DNA from: an uncultured Maribellus sp.
Lineage (GTDB): Bacteria > Bacteroidota > Bacteroidia > Bacteroidales > Prolixibacteraceae
NCBI GenBank assembly: GCA_964455785.1
Contig: CAYWBV010000002.1
Location: 1-49,523 of the forward strand
Direction: 5' to 3'
Length of the DNA stretch: 49,523 nt
In this document: in pieces, positions 10,307-20,327 of the stretch
How the letters are laid out: every line of letters starts with the position of its first letter
How positions within the stretch are numbered: the stretch's first letter is position 1
Position numbers and translations under genes: made by a program
The notes under the pieces: model-generated
The model's input: only the letters and a program-made list of their open reading frames with translations
Databases searched by the model: none
What the model was told of the DNA's origin: nothing

Positions 10307-13300
10307 ATGATGAAAAAAATAATTTTCTTATTGATATTAGCTTGTCTTGCTTTTTTTCAGGCCGTTGCACAAAAAACGAATTTATCGGGCGTAGTAAAGG
10401 ACGAGACAGGAACAGGCGTCCCGGGTGCCAATATTGTTGTGGAAGGCACAACAAACGGGACCATTACGGATATAGACGGGAATTTTAGCCTGGAGACCGA
10501 TCAGTCGGCAAAAGCCCTTTTGGTTTCTTTTATCGGTTATAAAACTCGACGGATTGAAATAGAAAACCAAACCATTTTTAATATAAATCTTGAAGTTTCG
10601 AGCACTGACCTGGATGAAGTGGTGGTTGTAGGTTTCGGCGCCCAAAAGAAAGTAAGCGTTGTTGGTGCAATATCGAATATCAGTTCCGAAGAACTGGCTA
10701 CTTCTGCAACATCAAATCTTTCCAATTCAATAGCCGGCAGGGTATCGGGCATGATTGTAAAACTTGGTGAAGGCCGCCCCGGAGCCGATAGCCCGAGTAT
10801 TAACATCCGCGGCATCGGAACCTTGAACAATTCTTCGCCGCTTGTTTTGATTGACGGAATGGAAGGAGATATGGCCCGGATCAACCCCGAAGACATCGAG
10901 TCTTTCTCTGTTTTGAAAGACGCTTCGGCCACGGCTGTTTACGGAGTACGGGGAGCAAACGGCGTAATATTGATTACTACGAAAAGAGGTCTTGTGGGCA
11001 AGCCGGAGATCTCGATCAACGGCCAGTACCGGATGCATAGCATTGTCAACTACCCCGATTATTTGCGGGCCTACGACTATGCCCGGTTGTACAACGAGGC
11101 GCTGATCAATGGCGGTAGTCCTCTGCGTTTTAATGCAGAAGATCTTGAGCATTTCAGAACCGGGGATTCTCCCTACACGCACCCCGATGTCGATTGGTTC
11201 GATGCTATGGTTGACCCCTTGTTTCCCGAACAACGGTACGATGCCAGTCTGCGCGGAGGTACCGAGAAAGTGAAATATTTTGTTTCGGGTGAATTTGTTT
11301 CCCAGGAAGGAGCATACCGCCAGTTTAAAGGAATGAATAACAGTACCAACGCAGGTTACAAGCGGTTCAACCTTCGGATGAATTTCGACTTTGCTGTAAC
11401 ACAAACAACCAATTTAAACCTGAGCCTGAACGGGCGGATTCAGGATACGAGAAACAACACTTCCGGAAACCGGACCGCCTCATCAACCAAAGGTTTGTGG
11501 GACGACATCGCGTGGACATCACCGGTGGAAACTCCACTGCTGAATCCCGACGGTTCAATTGCTGCATCGGGCAATACGTATAACCTGGAATACGCGTTGC
11601 TTCGAACGGGCGGATATGAAAGGAACAAAGATAATGACCTGAAAGCTTCCATCAGGCTCGACCAAAAGCTCGATTTTATTACCAAAGGGCTGTCGTTCCG
11701 GTTTATGGGCGGGTCCAATGTTAGCTTTAGCTATCAGTCTAACCTTGATAAACACGAAGCAACTTATATCTACAATCCTGTGGATGATTCCTACACTGTG
11801 GCATCGCAACGGCAACTGCCGACCTATGCCATTAGCGAAAAACGGACGTACAACAACACCTATATTGAATCGGCCTTATCGTATGACCGTACCTTTGGAG
11901 AACATGCTATTACTGCCTTGGCGCTGTACAACCAGGACAAAATATCTGCTAATTCGAATCCATGGACTGCCCATCGCGGGTTTGCCGGCAGGTTAACTTA
12001 CGCTTTTATGGGGAAATATCTTGGCGAAGTAAATCTTGGATACAACGGTTCCACACAGTTTGAAACACAACAGCGTTACACTCTGCTGCCTGCCTATTCT
12101 GCAGGATGGGTCGTTTCCGAAGAAAATTTCTTCAAAAGCTTTTTCCCTTCAATTACGTTTTTGAAGCTGAGAGGTTCGTACGGTACGGTTGGCAATGACA
12201 AAATCGGTGATTACGACTTTCTTTACCTGGCCCTGTTTGAAGGGGTAAAAGGTGCCGACTATTACTTGTTTGGTGAGTCCTATCAGAAATACAGTGCAAT
12301 CCGGGAGGCTTCGTTAGCCAACGAAAATGTGAGTTGGGAAATTGCCAGGAAACAGAACTACGGATTTGATATGGAAATTAAAGATGGAACGTTTGGACTG
12401 GGATTTGACTACTTCATTGAAAATCGCTCCAATATCCTGGCAAAACGCCATACTATTACACAAGTATTTGGTTTGCTGGAAGATCAACTGCCTGCAGAGA
12501 ATTTCGGAAAAGTAAAAAACAAGGGGTTTGAGATTGAAACAAAGTTCTATAAAAAGCTCGGTGATTTTTCCATTAACCTGAACGGGACTTTTTCAAGAGC
12601 TAAAAATAAGATAGTCGATATTGATGAAGTGAAATATGACCTGGATTATAAAAATCAGACTGGAAAATCGATCGGGCAGTATTTTGGCTACACCTGGAGC
12701 GGAGAATTTTATTCCTATGAAGAACTGGGTTATGTTTGGGATGAAACGGTTGAGGGGGCCAACCAATACGTACTGCCGGAAGGCGCAACTCCGTTGGTGC
12801 CGGTATTCACTGCCGGAAGCGACCCCGGTGACCTGAAATTCGTTGACCGCAATAACGACGGGTCGATCGATGACTACGACATTGGGACTATCGGAAAAAC
12901 GTCGCTGCCCAATTTCGTATATGGGCTGAATTGTTCATTTAAATACAAGGGTATCGGTTTAAATATGTTCTGGCAAGGAGCAGGCGGTTTTAATTTAAGG
13001 CTTTATGGCCAATACATCCAGGAGTTTCTGAACAATTCGAAAGTACACGAGATGCACCTTGGCCGATGGGCTTTTTATGAAGACCCATTTACAGGCGAAT
13101 TGATTGATACCCGTGCAACAGCAACTTATCCGAGGCTAATCATTGGCGGAAGCCCTGAATTGGCCCAGGCATCAACATTCACTTTGCTGAAAGGCGATTA
13201 CCTGAGGCTGAAAAATCTGGAACTGACGTTCGATTTACCCCGTTTGGTGATTGATCCTTTGAAAATCAAAGATGTGTCGCTATTTGTAACGGTCAGCAAC

Positions 13301-13408
13301 GTACTCACTTTTAGTAAAGTAAAATTGCTTGATCCGGAGAATCCCAGCCAGCCCTCCAGTTATCCGCAAACGCGTTTTTATGGCGCCGGAATTAAAATTA
13401 GTTTGTAA
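10307..13408 (+). CDS. susC: SusC/RagA-family TonB-dependent transporter (second of tandem pair)
   Basis: GTTNGTITDIDGNF; LDEVVVVGFG; DIESFSVLKDASATAVYGVRGANGVILITTKRG; PGDLKFVDRNNDG. Confidence 0.97.
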   Translation: MMKKIIFLLILACLAFFQAVAQKTNLSGVVKDETGTGVPGANIVVEGTTNGTITDIDGNFSLETDQSAKALLVSFIGYKTRRIEIENQTIFNINLEVSSTDLDEVVVVGFGAQKKVSVVGAISNISSEELATSATSNLSNSIAGRVSGMIVKLGEGRPGADSPSINIRGIGTLNNSSPLVLIDGMEGDMARINPEDIESFSVLKDASATAVYGVRGANGVILITTKRGLVGKPEISINGQYRMHSIVNYPDYLRAYDYARLYNEALINGGSPLRFNAEDLEHFRTGDSPYTHPDVDWFDAMVDPLFPEQRYDASLRGGTEKVKYFVSGEFVSQEGAYRQFKGMNNSTNAGYKRFNLRMNFDFAVTQTTNLNLSLNGRIQDTRNNTSGNRTASSTKGLWDDIAWTSPVETPLLNPDGSIAASGNTYNLEYALLRTGGYERNKDNDLKASIRLDQKLDFITKGLSFRFMGGSNVSFSYQSNLDKHEATYIYNPVDDSYTVASQRQLPTYAISEKRTYNNTYIESALSYDRTFGEHAITALALYNQDKISANSNPWTAHRGFAGRLTYAFMGKYLGEVNLGYNGSTQFETQQRYTLLPAYSAGWVVSEENFFKSFFPSITFLKLRGSYGTVGNDKIGDYDFLYLALFEGVKGADYYLFGESYQKYSAIREASLANENVSWEIARKQNYGFDMEIKDGTFGLGFDYFIENRSNILAKRHTITQVFGLLEDQLPAENFGKVKNKGFEIETKFYKKLGDFSINLNGTFSRAKNKIVDIDEVKYDLDYKNQTGKSIGQYFGYTWSGEFYSYEELGYVWDETVEGANQYVLPEGATPLVPVFTAGSDPGDLKFVDRNNDGSIDDYDIGTIGKTSLPNFVYGLNCSFKYKGIGLNMFWQGAGGFNLRLYGQYIQEFLNNSKVHEMHLGRWAFYEDPFTGELIDTRATATYPRLIIGGSPELAQASTFTLLKGDYLRLKNLELTFDLPRLVIDPLKIKDVSLFVTVSNVLTFSKVKLLDPENPSQPSSYPQTRFYGAGIKISL

Positions 13409-13454
13409 ATCATAGCTGAAAAAGAATTTGAAACAACGATTAAAACGTATAAAT

Positions 13455-15308
13455 ATGAAATGGATAAACAAAATAATAGGAATCCCGGTGATTATTGGAT
13501 TGACAATGGTATCGTGCCAGGATTTCAGCGATTTGCTTGAAAAAGAAGACACCGGTGATTTGGATGTTGAAGATGTTTTTTCGGATATACGGAATGCAGA
13601 ACAAATGTTAACGGATATGTACGTCCGGCTTCCCGACTATCTTTTAAACAATCAAAACAACAGCGGGAAAATGGCTCAAAGTTGTATGGCAGAGGCCTAC
13701 AGTGTATATGGTTCAACAACTCTGGCTTTTGCACATGCTTTTTGGTTTCATCGGGGAGATTTTTCTCCATCGTCACACTATTATTCTACCAATGCAACAA
13801 GAGCAAGTGATTTTGGCGATTTTTACAGGTTCGATTATGCCGCAATACGTGCAGGTCTGTTGTTCCTGGAGAATATAGATAAAGTTCCTTATGACAATGA
13901 GTATGGCTATGGCCCGGAAGAAAAAAATACCAAAATAAACGAAGTCAAATTTTTGATAGCTTTTTTTTACATGGATCTTTTGAAAAATTATGGCGGGCTG
14001 AAGATTGTGGATCGTGTTTTGGGAACTACCGACCCCGAACTGAAGGCTGAACGTAATACATATGACGAATGTGTTCAACATATTGTAAAGTTATGCGCCG
14101 AAGCTGCGTCCGGCCTGCCGCTTAGCTGGCCGTCGGGTCAGATGGGAAGGGCAACAAAAGGAGCCGCAATGGCATTAAAAGCACAAGCCCTGCTTTTTGC
14201 TGCAAGTCCGCTGTTCAATGATCCGAACAAACCGGACGCTTCTCCGTTCCGCGGGCAGTATGATCCCGACAAATGGAAGCTGGCAGCACAAGCTGCAGCC
14301 GACGTTATTAAGCTGAATCAGTACCATTTGGTGAGCGACATAACCAAACTGTTTACAACCTTCACCAATGAAGAGATCATTTTTGCCCGTATCACCGATC
14401 CCGGCTATCACTGGGAAAGATCAACCTTGCCAAGTTATATCGGATGGAAAGCTACCAATGCGGGCAGAAACCAATTGACCTATAATATGATGCAGTACTA
14501 TAAAATCGTGAAGGATGGGAAAGCGTATGATCAGAATGACCCTGAAGGAGGTTTCGATTTGCAGGATCCCTTTGTAAACCTCGATCCGCGGTTTTACCGG
14601 GATGTGGCTTATAATGGCGCTGACCTTCGGCGCAACAGGGTTGTGAAAGTGTGGGAGTTGGGTGAAAATACATCCAATGCTGACAAAGCGGCAAACCTCG
14701 GACAAGCCAATACCTACTTGTACAACATCAAGATGTGCGACCTGGATATTGATCCGTTGAGAAGTGCTGCAGGAGGTCTGGCTCACCACAACTTCCCATT
14801 CCTGCGGTATGCCGACGTGTTGCTGATGTATGCCGAAGCAATGAACGAGGCTTTTGGCGCTGACGTGGATCCGTTGGGTGTTGGTTTAACAGCCACGCAG
14901 GCGGTAAACATGATCCGTGCCCGGACAAAGAGTATGCCTTATCCTGAATTTAAAGGATACACCTACAACATGCCTGCGATGGAAACAGGGCTTTCCAAAG
15001 ATGAATTTAGAAAAGAAGTTCGCCAGGAACGGATCGTTGAAATGAATTTTGAGGATGCTACTTTCTACGATATACGGCGTTGGAAATTCTCAGTAGAGTC
15101 GCAACGAACTGCATACATTCTGCAACCCATTCTATACCGGGATGACCCCGGTGGTGCAACAAAGCTAAAATATCAGCTAATCGAACAGCCTCGCGCATTC
15201 GAAAGCTCCTGGTATATTTTGCCGATACCTCAGCCGGAAATTCAGAAAAATCCGAACCTGGTTCAAAATCCGGGTTGGCCAGGTTCACCGGAAGCAGACA
15301 ATATTTAA
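13455..15308 (+). CDS. susD: SusD/RagB-family surface lipoprotein
   Basis: Lipobox MVSC; GRATKGAAMALKA; LRYADVLLMYAEA; ERIVEMNFE; LVQNPGW. ATG 13455 preferred over TTG 13428. Confidence 0.95.
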   Translation: MKWINKIIGIPVIIGLTMVSCQDFSDLLEKEDTGDLDVEDVFSDIRNAEQMLTDMYVRLPDYLLNNQNNSGKMAQSCMAEAYSVYGSTTLAFAHAFWFHRGDFSPSSHYYSTNATRASDFGDFYRFDYAAIRAGLLFLENIDKVPYDNEYGYGPEEKNTKINEVKFLIAFFYMDLLKNYGGLKIVDRVLGTTDPELKAERNTYDECVQHIVKLCAEAASGLPLSWPSGQMGRATKGAAMALKAQALLFAASPLFNDPNKPDASPFRGQYDPDKWKLAAQAAADVIKLNQYHLVSDITKLFTTFTNEEIIFARITDPGYHWERSTLPSYIGWKATNAGRNQLTYNMMQYYKIVKDGKAYDQNDPEGGFDLQDPFVNLDPRFYRDVAYNGADLRRNRVVKVWELGENTSNADKAANLGQANTYLYNIKMCDLDIDPLRSAAGGLAHHNFPFLRYADVLLMYAEAMNEAFGADVDPLGVGLTATQAVNMIRARTKSMPYPEFKGYTYNMPAMETGLSKDEFRKEVRQERIVEMNFEDATFYDIRRWKFSVESQRTAYILQPILYRDDPGGATKLKYQLIEQPRAFESSWYILPIPQPEIQKNPNLVQNPGWPGSPEADNI

Positions 15309-15525
15309 CGAATAGATAGGTATTCCGGACTATTTCAGATTCGAGTCCGAACTTATACGAGAAATCAAAAATGGAAATTTTGCGGCAGAAACTAATCCGG
15401 ATAGCCTGACTGCGGCAACCGTTTCAAAGCACAGGGAATGTTTGTTCGTTAGTCGGCAACGGACAATCCGGTAACGGATTGATTTAATTTCTGCATCTAC
15501 AACTTCGTTGCTTTACAGAGAATTT

Positions 15526-15556
15526 AGCAATGACGCAGATAGTTACTGTCATTGCT
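15526..15556. repeat. Short inverted repeat agcaatgac/gtcattgct between susD and the enzyme genes
   Basis: Perfect 9-bp arms at 15526-15534 and 15548-15556. Confidence 0.5.
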
Positions 15557-15574
15557 TCAGGTTAGAAAAATAAT

Positions 15575-16630
15575 ATGAAGAGAAGAAATTTTATAAAAAA
15601 TTCGATAGGTATTTCCCTCGCGGGTGTTCTTCCGTTGAATTTATTTTCACACCAAGCAGACGTCAGGGAATCTCAGTTTTCAAGGTCGTTGACAGGGAAA
15701 GGAAATCGGATTCTTGAACTGGAGGACTGGAACGTTTGGGGATGCTCTCCTATCTGGGATGACGATGGCTTGGTTCACGTTTTTTTTTCAAGATGGAAAG
15801 GAAGCCACGATAACTGGTTGAAAAAAAGTGAAATCGCACACGCGATAGCTGAAAAGCCGGAAGGACCGTATCATGTCCTCGGAACAGTGCTGGAAGGTCG
15901 GGGATCAGCACATTGGGACGCCGATACGATTCACAACCCTACCATTCACAGAGTGGGCGACCAATATCTTTTGTATTATATTGGCAACAACCTGAAGGTG
16001 GCAGATAAAAACCATGCTCATCATGCCAGCACACAACGGATCGGCCTGGCGGTATCAGATTCCCTGAACGGGCCCTGGAAAAGGGTTGGCAGTGATGGGA
16101 TGATTTTGGATACCAGTAAAAATAAAAATGACTGGGATAGTTTTTTAACCACCAACCCAGCGTTGCTGCACCATCCAAGCGGAAAACTTTGGCTTTATTA
16201 CAAGGCATGGGATGCCAACAACGATAACCTGCGTAAAATGGGGGTTGCCTTTGCAGATTTTCCGGAAGGGCCGTACCAAAAGTATGACAAAAACCCTGTC
16301 ATTTCTTTTTCTCCAATGAAAGCCCAGGTAGAAGACGCATATGTGTGGTTTCAGAACGGAAAGTTTCATATCATTATGCGTGACATGGGTGTTTTTAACG
16401 AAAGGGCCGGGTTGTACCTGTATTCGGATGACGGACTGAATTGGTCTGAGCCCTTCCTTGCGTACAAAGAAAGTACTCACTATTTTCCGGATGAACCGTT
16501 AAGCCGGTTTGAACGCCCCCAAATTCTGATGAAGGGCGGAAAGGCAACTCATTTGTTTTTGGCCCTTGCAGGCGGGAAATATCACACTTCGAGCGGCGCA
16601 GTACTCAAAATTGATAATTCACTGTTTTAG
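15575..16630 (+). CDS. Five-bladed beta-propeller glycoside hydrolase (GH43/62/32/68/117/130-like), Tat-exported
   Basis: Twin-arginine signal MKRRNFIK; VWGCSPIWDDDG..HVFFSRW; SEIAHA..PEGPY; HNPTI; EDAYVW; FERPQIL. Confidence 0.8.
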   Translation: MKRRNFIKNSIGISLAGVLPLNLFSHQADVRESQFSRSLTGKGNRILELEDWNVWGCSPIWDDDGLVHVFFSRWKGSHDNWLKKSEIAHAIAEKPEGPYHVLGTVLEGRGSAHWDADTIHNPTIHRVGDQYLLYYIGNNLKVADKNHAHHASTQRIGLAVSDSLNGPWKRVGSDGMILDTSKNKNDWDSFLTTNPALLHHPSGKLWLYYKAWDANNDNLRKMGVAFADFPEGPYQKYDKNPVISFSPMKAQVEDAYVWFQNGKFHIIMRDMGVFNERAGLYLYSDDGLNWSEPFLAYKESTHYFPDEPLSRFERPQILMKGGKATHLFLALAGGKYHTSSGAVLKIDNSLF

Positions 16631-16670
16631 AATGGATAAGTAATATATGTTGAGGAGGATTCAATTGAAA

Positions 16671-18293
16671 ATGAATAAATCGGCCTTTCGTATCATAACC
16701 CTGGCTGCGTGTTTTACATTGTCAGGATTCTGTGTTTCAGATGAAAACAATGAGCTTACGAATGGGATACTCCAAAAAAAATCGGACGGCAAACATGCTT
16801 ACCTTCTGGAAAAGAATGGTATTTTTCTGTTTCCTGCCGACAATGAAGGGTATCGGATCCCCGATTTTTCTTTTGCCGGATATATGACAAGCAATAGTCC
16901 TTTGCCGGTTTCAGGGAAACATTATCAAACGATCGTTAATCTAATAAATCCTTCAGGCGATGAAACAAAACGCATTCAGGATGCCATTCACGAAGTTTCT
17001 GTATTAAAGCCAAACAGACACGGCTATCGTGGAGCGATAGAGCTTGGTCCAGGTACCTGGGAGATTAGCGGATTGCTTATTGATACCGACGGTGTAGTAT
17101 TGACCGGTAGCGGAATGAACTCAACTATTTTGCAAAGTACGACTAAAACCCCCATTTTGTATGTGATTCGAGTGGGTCCCGACATTCCGTCTTCTTTTCC
17201 GACTGAAACTTGGGATGACGGGAATGACGGCCCAAACTGGAATATCACCACAGAAGTGGTAAATGTGGGAGACCGGAGCTTTGATGTTTCACCCGGACAT
17301 ACCTTGAAAGCCGGCGACCGAATCATCATTGAACATCCCTGCACTACCCAATGGCTGGCTGCCATTGGTGGCGGAGCGCCCGAACCGAAACAATGGCCGG
17401 TGGGTTCGGTTCCTATCCGGTACTACCGGTATGTGACCGGGATTGAAGAGAATAAAATTACCATTGATGCGCCCGCGATGTATTCGCTGGTGAAGGAACT
17501 GGCGCCCTGCAAAGTCTTTAAATATACAGTGACGCCAAGAAAGTTGGTTGGAATTGAAAAGATGACAATTGATGCGGATTTATCTCCTGATATATTTAGT
17601 GAAAATCATGCGAACTCCTGTATTCGGACGCATCGTGTTGAAAACTGCTGGTTCCGGAATATTCGTACTCAGAATTTCAAAGGCTGCGGTTTCACGTTCA
17701 TCGAAAGCAGCCGGATCACCGTAACCGATTGCGAAGCGATCGATCCGCATTCCATTATCACATCATCGCGCAGGTACAATTTTCAAACACGAGGGAGCCA
17801 ATTGGTTTTGTTCAAAAACTGTTTTGCATCGAGGGGGCGCCACAGTTACGTTGGCGCGGGCCACGGGATGGATTCCGGCAACGTTTTTTTGAACTGTACT
17901 GCGGAAAATAACTACGCTGCAACCGAGGATGGACACCAGCGCTGGGTGAACGGGACGCTTTTTGATAATTGTACCTTCAGGCAAACTGGCCTGCCTGAAG
18001 ATGGCAATGAATTTGACCCTAAAATGTTTTGGCTGGGAAATCACGGGAACAATTCCAACGGGCATGGATGGGCTTCGTGCACAACGGTTGCTTACAAATG
18101 TACGGTGGTAGCGCCGGGTTACGCCATTATTGCCAAACCTCCCACTGGAATGAACTATGAAATCGAATGTCTGGGTGACTTCAGAAGCAACCATTTTGCA
18201 CACGGGGATTATCCGGGAGCGCTCGATATAGCGACGAAGGGAAGTTTGCCTGGAAGCTTGTTTGAAGCGCAATTAACACAACGTCTAAAATAG
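16671..18293 (+). CDS. Secreted right-handed beta-helix (pectin lyase-like fold) protein of unknown specificity
   Basis: IPDFSFAGY, IQDAI..GAIELGPG N-terminal motifs; Asn/Cys-ladder repeats VENCWFRNI, ITVTDC, VLFKNC, NVFLNC, TLFDNC. Start may be 16647 or 16671. Confidence 0.75.
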   Translation: MNKSAFRIITLAACFTLSGFCVSDENNELTNGILQKKSDGKHAYLLEKNGIFLFPADNEGYRIPDFSFAGYMTSNSPLPVSGKHYQTIVNLINPSGDETKRIQDAIHEVSVLKPNRHGYRGAIELGPGTWEISGLLIDTDGVVLTGSGMNSTILQSTTKTPILYVIRVGPDIPSSFPTETWDDGNDGPNWNITTEVVNVGDRSFDVSPGHTLKAGDRIIIEHPCTTQWLAAIGGGAPEPKQWPVGSVPIRYYRYVTGIEENKITIDAPAMYSLVKELAPCKVFKYTVTPRKLVGIEKMTIDADLSPDIFSENHANSCIRTHRVENCWFRNIRTQNFKGCGFTFIESSRITVTDCEAIDPHSIITSSRRYNFQTRGSQLVLFKNCFASRGRHSYVGAGHGMDSGNVFLNCTAENNYAATEDGHQRWVNGTLFDNCTFRQTGLPEDGNEFDPKMFWLGNHGNNSNGHGWASCTTVAYKCTVVAPGYAIIAKPPTGMNYEIECLGDFRSNHFAHGDYPGALDIATKGSLPGSLFEAQLTQRLK

Positions 18294-18299
18294 AAATCA

Positions 18300-19877
18300 A
18301 TGCTTATGAAAACAACTCTTTTAACTTTTGTTTTTGTATCTCTGGGTGTGTTTGTATTTTCCCAGAAAACATACAATGTAGTCGATTTTGGGGCGAAGGG
18401 CGATGGTAAAACCGTCAACACACAAAGCATTCAAAAGGCGATCGATCAATGTAACAAAGAGGGCGGGGGAACCGTGTTCTTCCCGAACGGCACCTTTATG
18501 TCGGCAACTATTTTTATAAAAAGTAATGTAAGTCTGTATCTGAATGACGGCGCAGTTTTAAAGGGTGTTGCTGATATGAAGGCATATCAGCAGGTGTACA
18601 GGAACAACTATGCTTTTATTTATTCCGAAGGGCAGGAGAATATTGCCATCCTGGGCAAGGGAACAATTCACGGTCATGGCGAGCACGCAGTTTTTCAAAG
18701 TGATGATCTTTTTAATGGTTTGAAAGACCGGCCGAATACCATTTTTTTTGCCCAATGTACTAACATCAAACTAAAGGATTATACTTTGCGAAACGGCGCG
18801 CGGTGGTGTACTAAACTGGACGATTGTACCAACGTGCTGGCCGACGGGGTGACGGTTATCAGCAAGACGGTGGCCAACAACAGCGCATTCGAGTTCGACG
18901 ACTGCCACGGCGTGCGGGTGGCCAACTGTTTTATCGATGTGGGCGACGACGGAATTTGTACCAAAAGTTATTCTGACCGCGGTGTGAAAAACATCACCAT
19001 CACCAATTGTGTGATCAAAAGTATGGCCAACGGTTTAAAGCTGGGAGCTGTCAGTGTCGGCAGTTTCGAAGACATCACGGTTACCAACTGTACGGTTTAT
19101 GACTCCCGCTTTTCGGGAATCGCGATTTTTAGCGTGGATGGTGCCCGGATCGAGCGGATAAATTTTAGCAACATCACCATGCATAATGTGAATGGCGGTA
19201 TTTTTCTAAAGCTGGGCGCCAAACCCGAATATACTACCCACCCCGGTATCATCCGGAATATTATCATCTCCAATGTAATTGCTGACGGTGTTGGCTGCTG
19301 GCAACCCGATACCACCCTGGCCTATTGGAAGGAGGCATTTGATTCGAGAATTGGAGTTGGCCTCGCAGGGCAGCCCGGCTACCGGATCGAAAATGTGCAA
19401 CTCAACAACATTTACATGCAGTTTGCAGGTGGCGGCACAAAAGAACACGCCGAAATTGTGATGGAAGATTTGCCCCACACCTATCCCGAGTACAAAAACT
19501 GGGGCATTACGCCGGCTTACGCTTTTAATTGCAGACACGTCAAAGACGTTCAGTTCAACAATGTCCGCTTCGACTACATCAAAGAAGAGAAAAGACCGGC
19601 CATTTTTTTTGAAGATGCTGAAGGTATAGTGCTGAACCACGTCAATGCAAAAATCGACAATGAAGCGAAAGCTTTTTTCCGCTGCAAAGATGTAACCGAC
19701 CTGTTTATTCACAGTAACAAACCACAGGCGGTATCGGCGCCGTTCCTTTCGCTGGAAGGAAAGGTCAGCGACATCACCATTATGAACAATGATTTTCACC
19801 GGATCGGAAAAGTATTTGTTTTGACAGATGAAAAGTTAGAAAATGAAGTTCGAATGAAGAACAACATTCTTGAATAG
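18300..19877 (+). CDS. GH28-like beta-helix glycoside hydrolase with altered catalytic motif
   Basis: YNVVDFGAKGDG, GGGTVFFP, GDDGICTKS, NITITNC; NNSA in place of NxDG. Confidence 0.88.
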   Translation: MLMKTTLLTFVFVSLGVFVFSQKTYNVVDFGAKGDGKTVNTQSIQKAIDQCNKEGGGTVFFPNGTFMSATIFIKSNVSLYLNDGAVLKGVADMKAYQQVYRNNYAFIYSEGQENIAILGKGTIHGHGEHAVFQSDDLFNGLKDRPNTIFFAQCTNIKLKDYTLRNGARWCTKLDDCTNVLADGVTVISKTVANNSAFEFDDCHGVRVANCFIDVGDDGICTKSYSDRGVKNITITNCVIKSMANGLKLGAVSVGSFEDITVTNCTVYDSRFSGIAIFSVDGARIERINFSNITMHNVNGGIFLKLGAKPEYTTHPGIIRNIIISNVIADGVGCWQPDTTLAYWKEAFDSRIGVGLAGQPGYRIENVQLNNIYMQFAGGGTKEHAEIVMEDLPHTYPEYKNWGITPAYAFNCRHVKDVQFNNVRFDYIKEEKRPAIFFEDAEGIVLNHVNAKIDNEAKAFFRCKDVTDLFIHSNKPQAVSAPFLSLEGKVSDITIMNNDFHRIGKVFVLTDEKLENEVRMKNNILE

Positions 19878-19975
19878 GCTTTTCGATTAAGTTTTTAATT
19901 CAAACCCAATGACGTAGTGTTGGAAAAGGTTTTAATTTGAAAATAAGTTATCAACAGAATTAAAAAATTATATCG

Positions 19976-20249
19976 ATGACCGTTAAAAAGTTTATTTCGG
20001 GAAACACACCCGTACTCTGCCTGATTGGGATTCTTGTCTTACTCACGGAAGTATTGAACTTGTCCGCCAAATCATACAGCGTTTTGGAGTTTGGTGCCAA
20101 AGCCGACGGAGTGAACATCGAAACCAAAGCCGTGCAAGAGGACATCGGCACCTGTGCAAATGGTTTTGGTTGATGTGAAGAATGAATCCGTTTTCAATAT
20201 TTATCTCAACAAATCGAAAATTTCTGAAGATAAAATCAAAAAAGAATAA
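19976..20249 (+). pseudogene. Remnant of a second GH28-like gene (signal peptide and N-terminus, then stop)
   Basis: YSVLEFGAKADGVNIETKAVQEDIGTC aligns with neighbour's YNVVDFGAKGDGKTVNTQSIQKAIDQC; stop at 20173; following frame reads VLVDVKNESVFNIYLNKSKISEDKIKKE*. Confidence 0.75.
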
Positions 20250-20327
20250 CAGTTTCAGCAGGATATTCTAAAAGAAATAAAACAATCTGTTTTTAAAGAG
20301 AATAAATTCATGTGAACGTAAAAAAAA

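Noticed and set aside
10727-11404. Long antisense ORFs (also 17763-18272, 19206-19799, 48447-49121)
   Set aside because: Shadows on the opposite strand of well-supported genes, with no motifs of their own.
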